From the human T2T-CHM13v2.0 reference genome, Homo sapiens, in NCBI RefSeq assembly GCF_009914755.1, contig NC_060940.1: 64,000 nucleotides of DNA; one strand, 5' to 3'. The position numbers were made by a program, and so were the translations under genes. This document shows, in pieces, positions 36,107 to 55,050 of the stretch (position 1 is its first letter; each line of letters opens with the position of its first letter). The notes under the pieces are model-generated. The model had not been told where the DNA came from and ran no database searches. It saw only the letters and a list, made by a program, of their open reading frames with translations.

Positions 36107-37740
36107 GTAAGTCGGCTGGCCCGGGGCGCGCGCGGGTCACTTGTTGCGCGGGGCCGCGGCGGCCCAGGCCGGTTCCGGACGGCGGCGCGGCTGCTGCGGC
36201 TCCCGGAACTGAGTGGGCGCCGTCTCACTTCCTACTCGGGATTCAAAATGCGAAACCAGATGCCGCGGGCCGGTACTCGCGGGGAGACGCTTTTCCTGGG
36301 GCTCGCCGCGGTGGCGCGTGTCGGCCAACGGAGCACCGCGAGTGGAGCTCGAACCCGAGCCAGACTAAACAAGCGAAGGGCATTGTTTAGGCGGCGACAC
36401 CGAAGAAGGGTTCAGGGTATTTGTAGCAAGCAAACCCCCATTCGGAAAAAGAAGTGGAGCTTCATTCAAGGTCGGCGATAGTTTGTTTCTTAGAAGGTAG
36501 ATCTGTCGGTAATTCTCTGTGTCAAGCGGTCTCACTACCAGATCGCCGAGTAGAAATCTTTCCTCCAGTTATTTATTCTAATAGAGAGGGGAGGGGGGGG
36601 AAAAGGCCCTAAAAATGTCATTTTCTTAGAATGTTAAGCTTCAGGAGAATCAGAAAGAAACCATTATCCCCATGTCCTGAGTAGGGCTGCTGTTCCTAAA
36701 AACTGCACAGATGGGCAAAACCCACGGTTGATCTCGAGGTCCTTGTTTTAGGAGGCAGATTTAGTGCGTCTTCACCAGACCTTGGGTTGAAAAAAAAAAT
36801 CCAAGGGTCCTAGTTCCTCTCATCTTTTTGGTTTGCCTTGTTGGAGGTGCTGATGAGGAGGGAGTGGTAGGAAGAAACCAAGAAAAGAGGTTGATTATTA
36901 CTATTTTTTTGAGGTAGAGTCTTGCTCTGTTGCCCAGGCTGGAGTACAGTGGCTCGATCTCGGGTCACTGCAACCTTCGCCTCCTGGGTTCAAGCGATTT
37001 TCCTGCCTCAGCCTCCTGAGTAGCTAGGATTACAGGTGCCTGCCACCACGCCCGGCTAATTTTTGCATTTTTAGTAGAGACGGGGTTTCACCTTGTTGGC
37101 CAAGCTGGCCTCCTGACCTCAAGTGATCCGCCCTCCTCGACCTCCCAGAGTGCTGGGATTACAGGCGTGAGCCACTGCGTCTGGCCTGATTATTTTTTAA
37201 AAAGTTGAAGCACTGTCTAATGGAATGCTGTTACTCTCTGCTCGGTGACTTGGACTCACTGCATTGTTAGAGGCTTGAAGCTAGGTGCGATTTGAATTTG
37301 GGTTAACAGTAGGAAGACATTGGAAATTTACTTCTCCCACCCCCTTTATAAAACCAGTTTATTTTTATTCAGATATAATTCATATGTCATAAAATTCTCC
37401 CTTTACATCACTGAACTCAAATTTATTTTTAAAGAATATTTTGATATTTTAAGTGAAAGCTTTTTAGAGTTGTAATAGTGAGAAGATACTGGTTAAATTT
37501 ATCAGGAGCTCCTGAATATTTGGTCATTAGTGCATGTTATGAAAGAGAGTCTCAAGCTTTTAGCCCACTTGCAAATTTCTTGAGTAATTGTAGTATTTAT
37601 ATGATTGAAGTGCATAAGACATACTTTTAGGTTTTGGCACTGAGTGGTATAATAAAAGAATTCATTAGCTGGTGCGATGATCGTGTCATCCTTTGCCTGG
37701 GTTACCTTTTGCAAAGGGAAGGTGGTATACCTGACGATAG

Positions 37741-38124
<384 letters not shown>

Positions 38125-39294
38125 TAAGAGAGAGGTCTTGCTGTGTGGCCTAGGCTGGGGTGCAGTGGCTGTTCACAGGCACAATCATGAGGCACTACAG
38201 CCTCAAACTTCTGGGCTCAAGCGATCCTCTTGCCTCAGCCTCCCAATAGCTGGGACTACAGGCTCGGCGTCACCATACGCAGCCCCATGTGTTGTATTAT
38301 CATCACTATCTTTGAAAGCTGAATTTTTTTGGAAATTTGGTGAATCATAGCTAGTAGGGTGTTTTCTGTCATCTCAGACTTTGCTGAATGGAATTATGAA
38401 TTCAACCCATAGGATATCTGAAATGCTGTAATATTATAGTAGTAGTACAGGTGGTTAGTGTTTGTCATGAATTTATTTCCAGGATGAATTAGACATTCTA
38501 GACCTTCCCCGCTTCCAAATAATCTGATCCTCACCTGAGCCCGGGAGGTCGAGGCTGCAGTTAGCCATGATCGTACCACTGCACTCCAGCCTGGGTGACA
38601 GAGTGAGACCCGGTCTCCAAAAATAAAACAAGTATCTGATTCGACACATTTTACAAGTTTTAAATTTCTGAGAAGTATTAAAGGTTAAAGAAGGTAGATT
38701 GAATGCTGTGTGAGGTTTGCACTTAAGACGGCTCATGTCTTATTTTGTTAAATAATGTAACTATTGGTATTTGGAGAGGAATTTCACGTTTCCTAGTTTT
38801 CTCTCTTTCTAGTTTCCCTCCTTTAATTCAGTGTTAACCCACATTTAATTACAGGATCCTTAGCTCCTAGAGGGTAGAGACCTCATTAATTTTGTATAAA
38901 CCCCTCTGGATACAGCTATTTTTCACAATACCTTTTATATCAGAGGTACTTGATTATTTGAATTTAGAGGCTGCTTAATTTAATGCCTGAAATTTATCTC
39001 ATGACTTATGAACAGGCTGGGTTTCTTCCTATTTGGCTGTGGAAAAAGGCATTATTTTGCCTGTTTTGACAGCAGCCATAAATGGCAAGGATATCCATAG
39101 TTCTCAAAACTATTCCCAACCTTTCTCCTGCCCCAGTTGTCCTCTTCTTATTTGGAACATCTTCTTGATGTATCAGTGAGGTTAATGAAGAATTCATTTT
39201 GCTGTTGCCCAGGCTGGAGTGCAGTGGCATGATCTTGGCTCAGTGCAACCTCCGTCCCCCATGTTCAAGTGATTGTCTTGACCCAGCCTCCTGA

Positions 39295-39495
<201 letters not shown>

Positions 39496-39869
39496 TAAGG
39501 GCTGTGTTGATCATCTCTCTTTAACTATAAAACTCAATCAGCCTCCTTATTTTATGCCAATTGAGTTTTTAACTGTAAAACCCAATCAGCATTAAATAAA
39601 AGTGAACACAGGTCGAAGAATCTGTAGTAGAATCTGATTTATTCTTTTTTGAGACTGGATCTTACTCTGTCACTCTGGCTGGAGTGCAGTGGTGCCATCT
39701 CCGTTCACTGCAACCTCCACCTCCTGCTTCAGCCTCCTGACTTGCTGGGATTACAGGCGCCTGCCACCACGCCTGGCTGGTTTTTGTATTTTTAGTAGAG
39801 ATGGGTTTCACCATGTTGGCCAGGCTGGTCTCCAACTGCTGGCCTCAAGTGATGTGCCTGCCTCAGTGA

Positions 39870-40253
<384 letters not shown>

Positions 40254-42931
40254 TAGGATTACAGGCGCACACCACCACACCCGGCTAATTTTTTGTATTT
40301 TTAGTAGAGGTGGGGTTTCACTATATTGGCCAGACTGGTGTTAAACTTCTGACTTCGTGATCTGCCTGTGTTGGCCTCCCAAAGTGCTGGGATTACAGGC
40401 TTGAGCCACTGCACCCGGCCTATTCTTACCAATTCTTATGTAGTTAAGAATGTTGGAGACGTCTTCAACACTAATAATCAAATAAAGAAAAAATATTTAT
40501 AAGAAGTATGGTTACTCTGTGGTGAGAAGAGTAAAAACTAATACATATTTCTAATTCTAAAGATTGAATGGTAAAAAGTATGTTGGATTGGCACAAGGTG
40601 TGCTATTTTATAATTTGTGAAACCTACAAAGCATAAGACAACCTGGAAATCTTAAATATAGGCGTCATACTAGTGTAGCATTTTAATGTTTTCATTTTGT
40701 TTATTTTCGTCTTTATTTTCCTATGACGATGTTGACACCATATTAATATTTTGGAACAGACTTTTTCCAACTCTTACCTATATGTAGGTATTTCATTAAA
40801 AGAATTCCATGGTCACATAAGTTTGGAAAATGTTATTCTAGAATGATCTGTGTTTACCACTTCTGTCTCAGAGAGGGATCTTTATGAGATAATGGACATA
40901 TAGTGATGAAGCAGGAAATCTCTTCTGAGGTTGGCATCAAGACAGGAGATGAGGTAATACGATCTGCAGAGTGTCTTAGCACAGAACTGATTTGGGGTAC
41001 ACTGGAGGTGGAAGGATTTGCTACTACGTGAATACTGAAGAAACAAGCCACAGGGATTTTGACACGGGGCAGTCGTTCATGGGCTGTGTCTTTTCTGCCA
41101 CCACTCTGCTCTGAGAATTTCATTATCTGAAGCTGAAAAAGTTGGCTTTCTTGTTGAGCTTAAAGTTATTTATCATATTATTCAGCAGACACTTTCATAG
41201 CATTTACTTGGTACTGTTTTAAGCACTTTACAAATAATTGATTTGTGAGAAAACTGAATTATGCTTCAGGTCGTACAGCCTGGGCAGTTTCCCTCCCAGA
41301 AACTTTTTTTTTTTTTAACTAGTGTTGGGGGGTTTTTTGTTAAGATTTATGCTCGTAGTACATGGGAAGTTTTTTTTGTTTTTTGTTTTTGTGATGGAGT
41401 CTCGCCTTGTTGTCCAGGCTGGAGCACAGTGGTGCAATCTCGGCTGACTGCATGCAACCTCTGCCTCCCAGGTTCAAGTGATTCTCCTGCCTCATCCTCC
41501 CAAGTAGCTGGGATTACAGGCGTCTGCCACCATGCCCAGCTAATTTTTTGTATTTTTAGTAGAGACAGGGTTTCACCATGTTGGCCAGGCTGGTCTTGTA
41601 CTCCTGACCTCAGATGGTCTACCTGCCTTGCCTCCCAAAGGGCTGGGATTACGAGTGTGAACCACTGCTCCTGGCCTGAAAGATTTTTTAAAATGATGTT
41701 GTAATATTGATGTTAGTTCAGTTTCTATGGATATAAAACATTTACCACATGAAAATGGTACCCCAGTTGATTAGGGAAATGCCATCAGAGAGGTTTAGAG
41801 ATTTAGCATTTAGGTTGACAAGTGTACCGACAGTGCCAGTAATAGAAATAGGAAGTATAATTTTTACCTCTAAAGAATCTAAGCTGTTAACCATCAGGGG
41901 AACTATTGGATAGCTAACTTGGTTGATGGCTTTAAACAAATTGCCCCAAATGTGAACCTCTTGATTTGAGATGAAGACTCTATGCATGGAAACCAATTAT
42001 GCTTCAGAACTTAATTAGTAGAATAAACCAAACAAAAAACTTTTTCTGGTTTCAGCAAAGAAGAGTTTACATTTAGATGATGAAAAATGTATTTTTTCAA
42101 AAATGCTTTTACTTCTTTTTTTCTTAATTTCCTTTGGGAAAGGGGTAATGTCTTTGTTTTTTGCCTGAGGGAAATATAGAGGTAACTTGCTCAAGGCCTA
42201 CATAAAATGACACTTTATTGAAGTGGTTTTAGATTGTTGCATCTGTTGAGCTCTAACATCCAAATCTTTTATATTTATAAATCTAATCTATAAATATTTA
42301 TTAGATGAATACTTTTCTCTTTGTTGTAGTCAGACCAAGTTCTCCTAAAGTCAAATGTGAGAAAAGACATATTTTTAAAAATCATCTAGGGTTTTAGAGA
42401 GTACTGTCACATCCCATGCCAATGTATGGTTTATCAGAGGAGAGACAATTCCAAGTGCATTTTTTATGTACTGCCTGCTATGCAGTGTTTCAGCAAGGGA
42501 AATCAAGGAAAATTAAAGTGTCTCATTTATACAATTTTAAATTGTGGTATTCTTTAAAATTCAAAATCTTTAGATTTTGAGTGATTTTTACATTTAAAAA
42601 TAGAAGTTTTTAAATGCAGAGATGGATAGTGGCTTCTGGTTAGACATTAGCAGTGTGAGATCCTAACGTCAGCAAAAAATGACCTGAAAGAAAGTATTGA
42701 TTCCATGTCTGATTTTATACTTAAGCAGCCAATGGCAAATGTCCTCAAAATGGAATCAGATGTTTGTAACTTAATACTTAAGAAAAATGATGAGTGCATG
42801 TTTTTTTTTACTTTTAAGTATTCTCTGTGCTGCCTGGCTTAAGACATAAACTGATGTAAAAATAAATGACTGCTTGCATAATTTATGTAATGTCCTGCTC
42901 CTGATCCTGTTTGTATTGATTTTTCTAAAAG

Positions 42932-43048
42932 GCTTTTGTGGCCACAGGAACCAATCTGTCTCTCCAGTTTTTTCCGGCCAGCTGGCAGGGAGAACAGCGA
43001 CAAACACCTAGCCGAGAGTATGTCGACTTAGAAAGAGAAGCAGGCAAG
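42932..43048 (+). CDS. CBFB: CBFB exon 3: AFVATGTNLSLQFFPASWQGEQRQTPSREYVDLEREAGK; gene continues beyond the window
   Basis: ttttctaaaag|42932, donor GTAGGA at 43049; 117 nt, phase 0/0; absent from the ORF track. Confidence 0.97.
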
Positions 43049-43198
43049 GTAGGAAACATTTCTTTGCAATTTAAAATACTGTGGGTTGTTTTGTTAGAGA
43101 TTATCTGGTAATTTACATTTTAATAAAGATCACAGATCTGATTATACCAGCATATGCTCAGATTTGTTTTCATTCCATGTTATAAGGATGTAATATAA

Positions 43199-43470
<272 letters not shown>

Positions 43471-44569
43471 TGAGCCACTGTGCCCGGCCAATATAATTTT
43501 TTAAAACCACTGTTAAACTTTTGTATCACTCCATTCCTAATTTCATGTACATAATATTTGTCATAGAACATTCTAACCCTTAAGGAAAGTAACATAACAA
43601 TTTCTTTAAAAGTTTGAGGAGATATATTTTGTTTACAAAAATATATGTAAGTATAGTGCTATAAAAATAAAACAAGAGGAAAACGGAAAAAAGCTCTCTA
43701 GGTTTAAAAATTAATAGTATTTAGAAATAGCTCATAGGTAACTTTCTAATTCCATTAACAGCAAATTTACATTTGAGAAAAACAATGTGAAAACTTTAAC
43801 TTGGAAATACTTTTTTTTTGTTTTGAGAAAAAGTTTCTGGGAACATGTCTTACAGTTTCGATGTTAGAAGTTTAGGTTAAAGATACAAAAATATAGGTAA
43901 AATGTTTAAGCTGAGAGCCTTATTTCAGGTCTACGTTAAATGTATTATGATTTTGGTAATTTTTTTTTTTTTTTTTTGAGATGGAGTCTCCCTCTGTTGC
44001 CCAGGCTGGAGTGCAGTGGTGTGATCTTGGCTCACAGCAACCTCCACCTCCTGGGTTTTAAGCTATTCTCCTGCCTCAGCCTCCTGAGTAGCTGGGATTA
44101 CAGGTGTGCGCCACCACGCCTGGCTAATTTTTTTGTATTTTTAGTAGAGACAGGGTTTCCCCATATTGGTCAGGCTGGTCTTGAACTCCTGACCATGTGA
44201 TCCACCTGCCTCTGCCTCCCAAAGTGGTGGGATTATAGGAGTGAGCTACTGCACCTGGCCTGGTAAATTTTAATGAATAGCATCTTGGATTGGTTGATTC
44301 TTGATTGAGAAGTCAAGGAGTTGACTTCTAGAATAAAATTTTTAAAGAAGAAACCCTCTTTTAAATATAGTTTTATACTCAAAACACCCTTTTGGATCCA
44401 GTTTCATACTTTTTTTGTGTGTGTTTGTTTTGCAGTGTGTTTTTGTACCCGTTTCTATCAACTTACTAAATTAATTTTCTAAGTGTCATCATGAATAGCA
44501 TAACCTGCCACATTTATGTAAAATGTGAGAAATGTCTAAATATTCCTTTGAGAAATATTTAATTTAATC

Positions 44570-44695
44570 TTGTGTGTATATATATATATACACGTATATA
44601 TGTGTATATATACGTATATGTGTGTGTATATATGTATATATGTGTGTGTATATACGTATATGTGTGTATGTATATACATATATATGTATATATAA
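44570..44695. repeat. (TA)/(TG) compound microsatellite
   Basis: Direct reading. Confidence 0.9.
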
Positions 44696-45335
44696 AATGA
44701 ATTTTTTGTTTTCTCCAATTCTGTAGAATTAGATTTGATCTTTTGTGCGTGACAAAACAATCTTTGGATTAGAAAAGGGAAAACAGATTATAAGATTTAA
44801 AAAAATGAGTACTAAGCAAGCAGTTTGCTTTCCTGTGTATTAGCTTGTTTGCTTGGAAAATTAAAAGTGAATGTTCCAGATTTTACTATTTGGTAATTCT
44901 TACACAATATATAAGGAAGAATTTGAGAAGTCCTTGTACGATTATTGGTTTTTTTGTGCTTCTGGTGCGTGTATGTGTGACTAAATGAAGAAATTATTTT
45001 TTTTCTTGTTTGAATACTTCCTTAAAGTTTGTTTAACATGGTAGCTCAGATACTAAAGACGTAAACCAAAAAAAAAAAAAATTTGTTTTTTGTCAGCTTT
45101 AGCCCAAAACTATTTTAAGACTTCAAGGGCAACATCTCAGTGTTACTGAAGTCTTCCGGTATTTAATAACTAGTAAATGGGTTGTTAACTCTACCAGAAA
45201 TTAAGTTTGCTTGAATTAATTTAATGATACTGCTTCACTAGTGTGAAGACCACATAATCCTTGGACTTAAACCATTGAGATGTTTTTAGTTATATGACCA
45301 AAAATAACAAAAATGTGAGATGGTTTATTCTAGTA

Positions 45336-45914
45336 CAGTCATGTGTCACTTAATGGTAGGGATATGTTCTGGGAAATGTGTTGCTGGGTGATTTTTATCA
45401 TTGTGTATATATAGAGTGTACTTACACAGATCTAGATGGTATAGCCTACTACACACTTAGGCTATCTGGTATAGTCTGTTGCTCCTAGGCTACAAACCTG
45501 TACTGTACAGCATGTTACCGTACTGAATACTGTAGTCAACTGTAACACAATTTGGTAAGTATTTGTGTATCTTGATGTATCTAAACATAGAAAAGATATG
45601 GTAAAAATACAGTATTTAAAAAATGGTATACCTGTATAGGGCACTTACTTTGAATGGAGCTTGCAGGACTGGAAGTTGCTCTGGGTCAGTCAGTTGAGTA
45701 AGTGGTGAATGAATGTGATTCTGTAGATTATATAAACATAGTATGCTTAGGCCGCACTAAATCTATAAAAATTAAGCAATTGCACTGCAATGTTAAAATG
45801 GCTATGATGTCACTAGGCAATAGGAATTTTTCAGATTCATTATAATCTTACAAGACCACTGTCATATATGTGATCCATTTTAGGCTGTAACGTTGTTAAA
45901 GCAATACATGAATG
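45336..45914. mobile_element. Tigger3-family (Tc1/mariner) non-autonomous DNA transposon
   Basis: Termini cagtcatg... and ...catgaatg, TA on both sides; internal gatggtatagcctactacacac. Confidence 0.85.
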
Positions 45915-46009
45915 TATTAAAAAGATATGTTTTTAATTCTATTAGGAAGAGTGATAGAACTATGCAGGCTATCAGGAAATGTACATTTTATTAATACTGG
46001 TTTTAGAAG

Positions 46010-46161
46010 TTTTTTTTTCTGTGAAGGGACAAATGTAAATGTTTTCAGTTTTGCAGGCTTTCAGTCTCTGTCACAACTACTCATCTCTGTAACTCTGCTG
46101 TTGTGGTGTGAAAGGGACCCTAGACAATATGTAAACAATTGAGTGTGGCTGTGTTCCATAA
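46010..46161. mobile_element. MER58-like hAT fragment
   Basis: gtctctgtcacaactactca...agacaatatgtaaac...gtgtggctgtgttcc. Confidence 0.7.
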
Positions 46162-46864
46162 ATGGTGACACTGGTAGAAATCAGTATCTTTCCCTCAGAT
46201 GTAAATCTGTAAATGTTTATGCATAGGTCATGTATTTCTCAGATAGAATTTTGTCAACATCTGTACTACTTCTGTACTACTTTTTTTCTAGAAGAAAAAA
46301 AAGCATTTTAAGGCAAAAACTCGTACTGTACTGTTCCGTGCCACTGTAATAAAGTTCTCCAGTGAATTTAGAGAAAAGGCATTGCCCTGTGTTTTCTCAT
46401 CCGTGGAGCTCAGACTGTGGGGTCTCGAATTTCTTTTCTCTTTTTATGGTCTGTTTTATTATAACCATTAGGTTTTGTTTCTGTCCCCACAGGACTAGGA
46501 CTGGAAGCAAAGAAAATTGAAGGAACTTCTCCAAATGTTAATTATTTGCCTCTGTTCCTTATATTGGATTCCAAATCAGTGTCTTCTTCCATATTCTCTC
46601 AACTGAGTTACCTTCTGAAGCAGCTTAGTTCTCGTCCTGTTCATACGCAGTTTTGAGGAACTATAGTTGTAAAGGCTTTAGAGTTAGGCAAAATTGAGTT
46701 AAGTTCTGGCTTCTGCATTTACTACAGTGTAACTTTGGGCATGTTGTTTAATCATTGTAATCCTTAGTTGTAGAATGAGATTAATGGGTACTTCCCAGGG
46801 TTGCTGTTGAGAGTAACTGAAATAGTGTATGTAAAGTGTTTTGACCACTACTGTACCTGTCACA

Positions 46865-47990
<1,126 letters not shown>

Positions 47991-48137
47991 CAGCAGGTTA
48001 GGTTGGTTTAGCGCATGTGAGGTTGTGGTGGGAGCTTGTTATTGCAGCTTGTTTCTTTACTTTTTTTTTTTTTTTTTTTTTTAAGAGAGAGGGTCTCACT
48101 CTGTCACCCAGGCTGGAGTGCAGTGGTGCAATCATAG

Positions 48138-48353
<216 letters not shown>

Positions 48354-51300
48354 TAACCCCAGCACCACCATGCCTGAAGTTATTTTTGTATTTTTTGTGG
48401 AGATGGGGTTCTGTTATATTGCCTAGGTTGGTCTCGACCTCCTGACCTCAAGTGATCCTCCTGCCTTGGCCTCCCAAAGTGCTGGGATTACAGGCATGAG
48501 CCACCACGCCCAGGCTTTTTAAAAAATCATTTGTTTCTAAGTGTTTCATTATTTTTTCTGCCTCTGTCTCTTGACTGACTAGGACGACAGATATTTGCCA
48601 CCACATCTGGCTAATTTTAAATTTTTTTGAAGAGAAAAAAATTTTGCTCAGGCTGGCCTCTAACTCCTGGCCTTAAGCAATCCTCCCACCTTGGCCTCCC
48701 AAAGTACTGGAATTACAGGCATGGGACACTGCATCCAGCCTGAGTTTTAACAAATGTATGCACCCATGTAGATGCTACCACAGTCAAGATATATTTCAGT
48801 CACCCCCCCAAAGGTTTCCTTGTGCCCCTTTGCAGGAACCTGGGACTGACTGCACTGGGTGGTTCTGCCTCAGTGTCTCTCATGAGGTTGCAGTCAAGCT
48901 TTTGCCTGGGACTGTGCAGTCTCTGAAGACTTGACTAGAACTGAAGGATCTGCCTGTTGGTAGGTGGCTTCACTTCCTAGTCATGCTTCTCCATAGAGAG
49001 AAAAAGAGTGAAGCCACCATGCCTTTTATTTATTTATTTATTTATTTGAGACGGGGTCTTGCTCTGTCATCCAGGCTGGAGTGCAGTGGCGTAATCTCAG
49101 CTCTACAACCTCTGCCTGCCGGGTTCAAGCAATTCTCCTTCCTCAGCCTCTCAAGTAGCTGGGATTACAGGCACATGCCACCACATGTGGCTAATTTTTG
49201 TACTTTTAGTAGAGACAGGGTTTCACCATGTTGGCCAGGCTGGTCTCAAACTCCTAACATCAGGTGATCTGCCTGCCTCAGCCTCCCAAAGTGCTGGGAT
49301 TACAGGTGTGAGCCACTGCGCCTGGTCCACCATGCCTTTTATGATCCATTCTTCAAGTCACTTTCATACCTTTTATGATCTATTATTTGAGTCACTTGTT
49401 GCTTAGCCTGTTCATTAGAAGCTGGTCACTAAGTCTAGCCCACATTCAACAGGGAGGGAGGGATTACACAGGGGTGTGAATACCAGGAGGCTGGGATCAT
49501 TGAGGCCATCTTGGAGGCCAGCTACAATAATACTCACTTAAATTTAGCGAACTCAGAAAAAATTAGAATCCTAATAGAGCGGAAACAAAAAGCTCTATAT
49601 TCTCTATTATTTGAAATACAGTTTTATGATTTAAGAAAATGGGCTCATAGAAATTAGTCCTTTTATTCATTCTGTTGCTTATGTGGCTATAGAATATTTT
49701 CAAATCAAGGGCTTCTATAAGGAAGGTCTGTTAACGGGTGACTGATTATAAGTATATACCTTACATATGACCAAGTCAGAGCACAGAATTTTATAATCCT
49801 TCAAATATATTTGAAACTTTTATACCCAGGTACCTGGTGAGCTGTCTACATTGGCTCTTAATAAGGATCTTTCTCAGAAATGATTTAAACTAATAACAGT
49901 ATAATAGAAAGAGCTCTAGATTTGAGTCAAGACAGTCATAACTATTTTCCTTAACATGTAAATGAGGATCAGAATGTCTGCCCTATTCATGTGCCTCATG
50001 TGAGAATTAAATGTAGTACCAGAATATGTGAAAATGCCTTTTAAATTGTAAACCCCTGTCTACAGTTAGGCAATTTGATGGTTCTGTAGGGTGAGATTAT
50101 AGCTAACTGATTGATAGAGTGTTTGTGCTACAGTGTGCCTTAGGTAAGCTTCACGTCAGGTAGTTGAACAATGTTGGAACACTACATCTTTCCCAAGTGT
50201 TCCATCCTGGTGTGTTACAAACACTGGCAGCCAAAATGTTCTTAATTCTTTAATCTAGCTGTCAAAAGACAAGGGAAAAGCAACTAATCAGAATTTAAAT
50301 CATTCTTAAGTTAAAATTGTGTAGACCAGGCAACTCCAGTTCCTTTGATCTTTCCTCTTAGGACTTATTTCCAATTACTTTTATTTCAAATAAATGCAAG
50401 TGATTATGGTTGACCATAAATTATTAGTCTTGAGTGGTCAGATTAATGGTTTTTACATGTATTCTGTGTCTCATAAAGCTTCATTGGGATTTTGAAATAA
50501 TGATTGGATGTACTTACTTTGCGATCCCAGTTTATGACTTTAAAGATAAGGGGTATGAAAATCATTTCATAAAAGGAAAAAAATGAACTTTACAGTGCTA
50601 CTGTTCATTTTTTTCTGTGGAAATTGAATATGCTATCTCGTTTTTACCACATTGACCTCAGAAAAAGAGAGGTTAAACTTTTCTATGGTTGTTACATTCT
50701 TGTTTATAGCTTATGATTTTAATTGATAGTCAAATACATTAATGTCAGACATCGAGAAGTATTTATTAAGTATATGTCATTAGAGTAGCTACTTTTAAAA
50801 ATTTTGATAAGTTGTATTTTTTTTCTTTCTGGACTTTATACTTAAAAGTCTTTTAATTTATTTTTATGAGCATAAAATAAAGCAAAATCTAACAAGATTG
50901 GATTTAATGAGTGAGGACAGAATTTTATTTTAAATGGCCTTTTCTAATAAAGGTCTATGATTCTGCTTCTTCTGGTACCATTTACGCACTTGCCTGCAGG
51001 ATCTTTGTCCCAAAATACATATTGTGTTTGTTTATATACCATCCACAATTTGGCAGAGTTTACAGGACTTCTTGATGTTAGCTTTGAGAAATCCCTATTT
51101 AAGCTCAAGAAGTTCCTTCTCTGTAGATAGCCCAGTCATTCCAAATAAAAGATCTCTATGGTAAAGCTTTGGAGTGTGATTTTCTTCAAGAGAAATTAGA
51201 CAACTTTACAAATACCTTGTCACATCTGGATTTTAAGTATTTCAGTTCGACTAAAATATGAATTGACAGCACTTAGTTATTGACAGTTTAGTGTATTGAA

Positions 51301-51588
51301 ATCTGGTTTTTAAAAATATGCTTTAGATAAACTATAATACTCTAATAATAACGGAATCATAAAATTTAGAACTGGTAACTGCAAGCTTATATATATATAT
51401 ATATTTGACACCTTTGTAGCTGGCAGAGCGTTTGTATTTTTAAAGAAAAGTTTTTATTTTAGTTATTTTAGTTATTTTTCAATCTAAGAGAGGAAGTCGA
51501 CTTTCTGAAAAAATTAAAATGTTTTGGCTAGGTGGGGTGGTTCATGCCTGTAATCCCAGCACTTTGGGAGGCCGAGGCAGGTGGATCA

Positions 51589-51960
<372 letters not shown>

Positions 51961-52043
51961 TTAGTGTAAAGGTGAAATTCTCTTTCATGACCTTTCCTGA
52001 ATTACATATTCCAAGTGAGAGAAGGCAGAAATAATATGTCTGA

Positions 52044-52692
<649 letters not shown>

Positions 52693-54083
52693 TAATGGTT
52701 AATTCAAATGCTGCCAGGATAAAGACTATTGAAATGTTGTTGTCTGAAGATGTTAATTTCTTTGTAGCACTGCTATGCCCTAGTTTTACTATTTCCCATT
52801 TTCACTTGTAGTTTTTCAATCAGCATTATTGAGGTATAATTTACATGTAGTACAGTTCACCTATTTTAAGTGTACAAGTCTGTGACAACTGTGTATTCAG
52901 TAGTATAACCACCACCAAAGTTCACCATTGCTTCAAAAAGTTCCCTCATGCCCCCTTGCAGGTAGTGTTCTAATTGATGCAGACATACATGCACTGATAC
53001 TTTTGTGATCCTCATCTTACAGGGAAGAAAACGTTTGTAATTTCTTTTTAACAGCATAAAAATGCTGTTTACCTTCAGGTGCAGAGACTTTGTTTCTTCA
53101 ATATTATTCTTTGATGCTTAGTTTTGTACAGAGGATTGGAAGCTACAGACAAGCTAAAGTATAATAGTGATATGGTAGACTTTAATTATTGTTCCTTTTT
53201 TTATGAAAGTATGCACGTGAACAGTTGGAAAGTATTATCTGTTATAAGCTTTTCAGTTTAAGCTGGGCCTCCTCAAATTGATGTGTGTTTAGGAACTAAG
53301 AATTTTAAATAACATTTGAAGGGCCGGGCGCAGTAGCTCATACCTGTAATCCCAGCACTTTAGGAGGCCAAGGCAGGCAGATCACAAGGTCAGGAGTTCA
53401 AGACCAGCTTGGCCAACATAGTGAAACCCCGTCTCTACTAAAAAAAAAAAAAAATTAGCCAGGCATAAGCTGAGATCATGCCACTGCACTGTAGCCTGGG
53501 CAACACAGCAAGACTCTGTCTCAATAAATAAATACCATTTGAAATGTCTTCAATGCCATGTGTGGAAACTATTTAAAAAAATAAAACGTGCCTCTTGGCA
53601 GTATTGCTGTGCTTTCAGGACTCTAATGCAGGCTGTACCTAAGAGGGAAAGGGCTGAGTCTGGGGATGGTTGGCAGGTTGTTTTTGTGGATGAAAAACCT
53701 TTTACCCATGTATGCAGTCAGTACTGAGCCTTTTTGTGTTTTAAAACTTCAGATGTAAAGACAGGTTAATCTTCAGATTAAAACAAAAGGATGGCCTAGA
53801 AACTTGTGACTTCGACATTTACATTAGAAGAATGTAGATGTTTTCAAATAAACAAATCTGCCCATATCATAGATGTTCAAAGTTTGTTCCATATAATAAC
53901 AATGATAGTTTCTAATAATCGTGTGGCCCTGTTTGCAGAACAGTGTTCTAAGTAATGAGCCATTTGGGAGAACCCTTTAAATTTTTTTTTTAGGATATTT
54001 ATTCACACCAGCTTTTTAGTCCTGAGTTTCTATCCATCCCTTTGCTATCCAGAACATTTCTTGGCCATTTTTTTACTGGGTCA

Positions 54084-54386
<303 letters not shown>

Positions 54387-54421
54387 TCAGGCGTGGTGTC
54401 GCATGCCTCTGGTTCCAGCTA

Positions 54422-54661
<240 letters not shown>

Positions 54662-54816
54662 TCAGGCAGTTGACCAGGGGAGAGAATTGAGCTTTTTGGT
54701 TCTTCCTGACACATATTCTCAGTGAGACTATACTCACTTTTTTAAAAGCTATTTATAAAATATTAAAATAAGATATTACATGAAGTTAAAAATTGAAACG
54801 AAAGTCAGCATCTTAA

Positions 54817-55050
<234 letters not shown>

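Larger units (their letters stand above)
35000..36420 (+). promoter_or_regulatory. CBFB: CBFB CpG-island promoter and 5'UTR
   Basis: NRF1-type palindrome GCGCATGCGC 35286-35295; GC box GGGGCGGGG 35384-35392; ETS core AGGAAGTG 35404-35411; no obvious TATA box. Confidence 0.9.

Noticed and set aside
35846-36481. 211-aa ORF containing CBFB exon 2
   Set aside because: Exon 2 plus GC-rich intron read-through; canonical splice sites bound the real exon
43887-44104. Simple Alu 3'-transduction as the source of the 57965-58185 copy (the flank ends at a minus-strand T5)
   Set aside because: It does not explain segment B, which lies on the other side of the source Alu, and no new poly(A) follows the flank; kept only as a minor alternative
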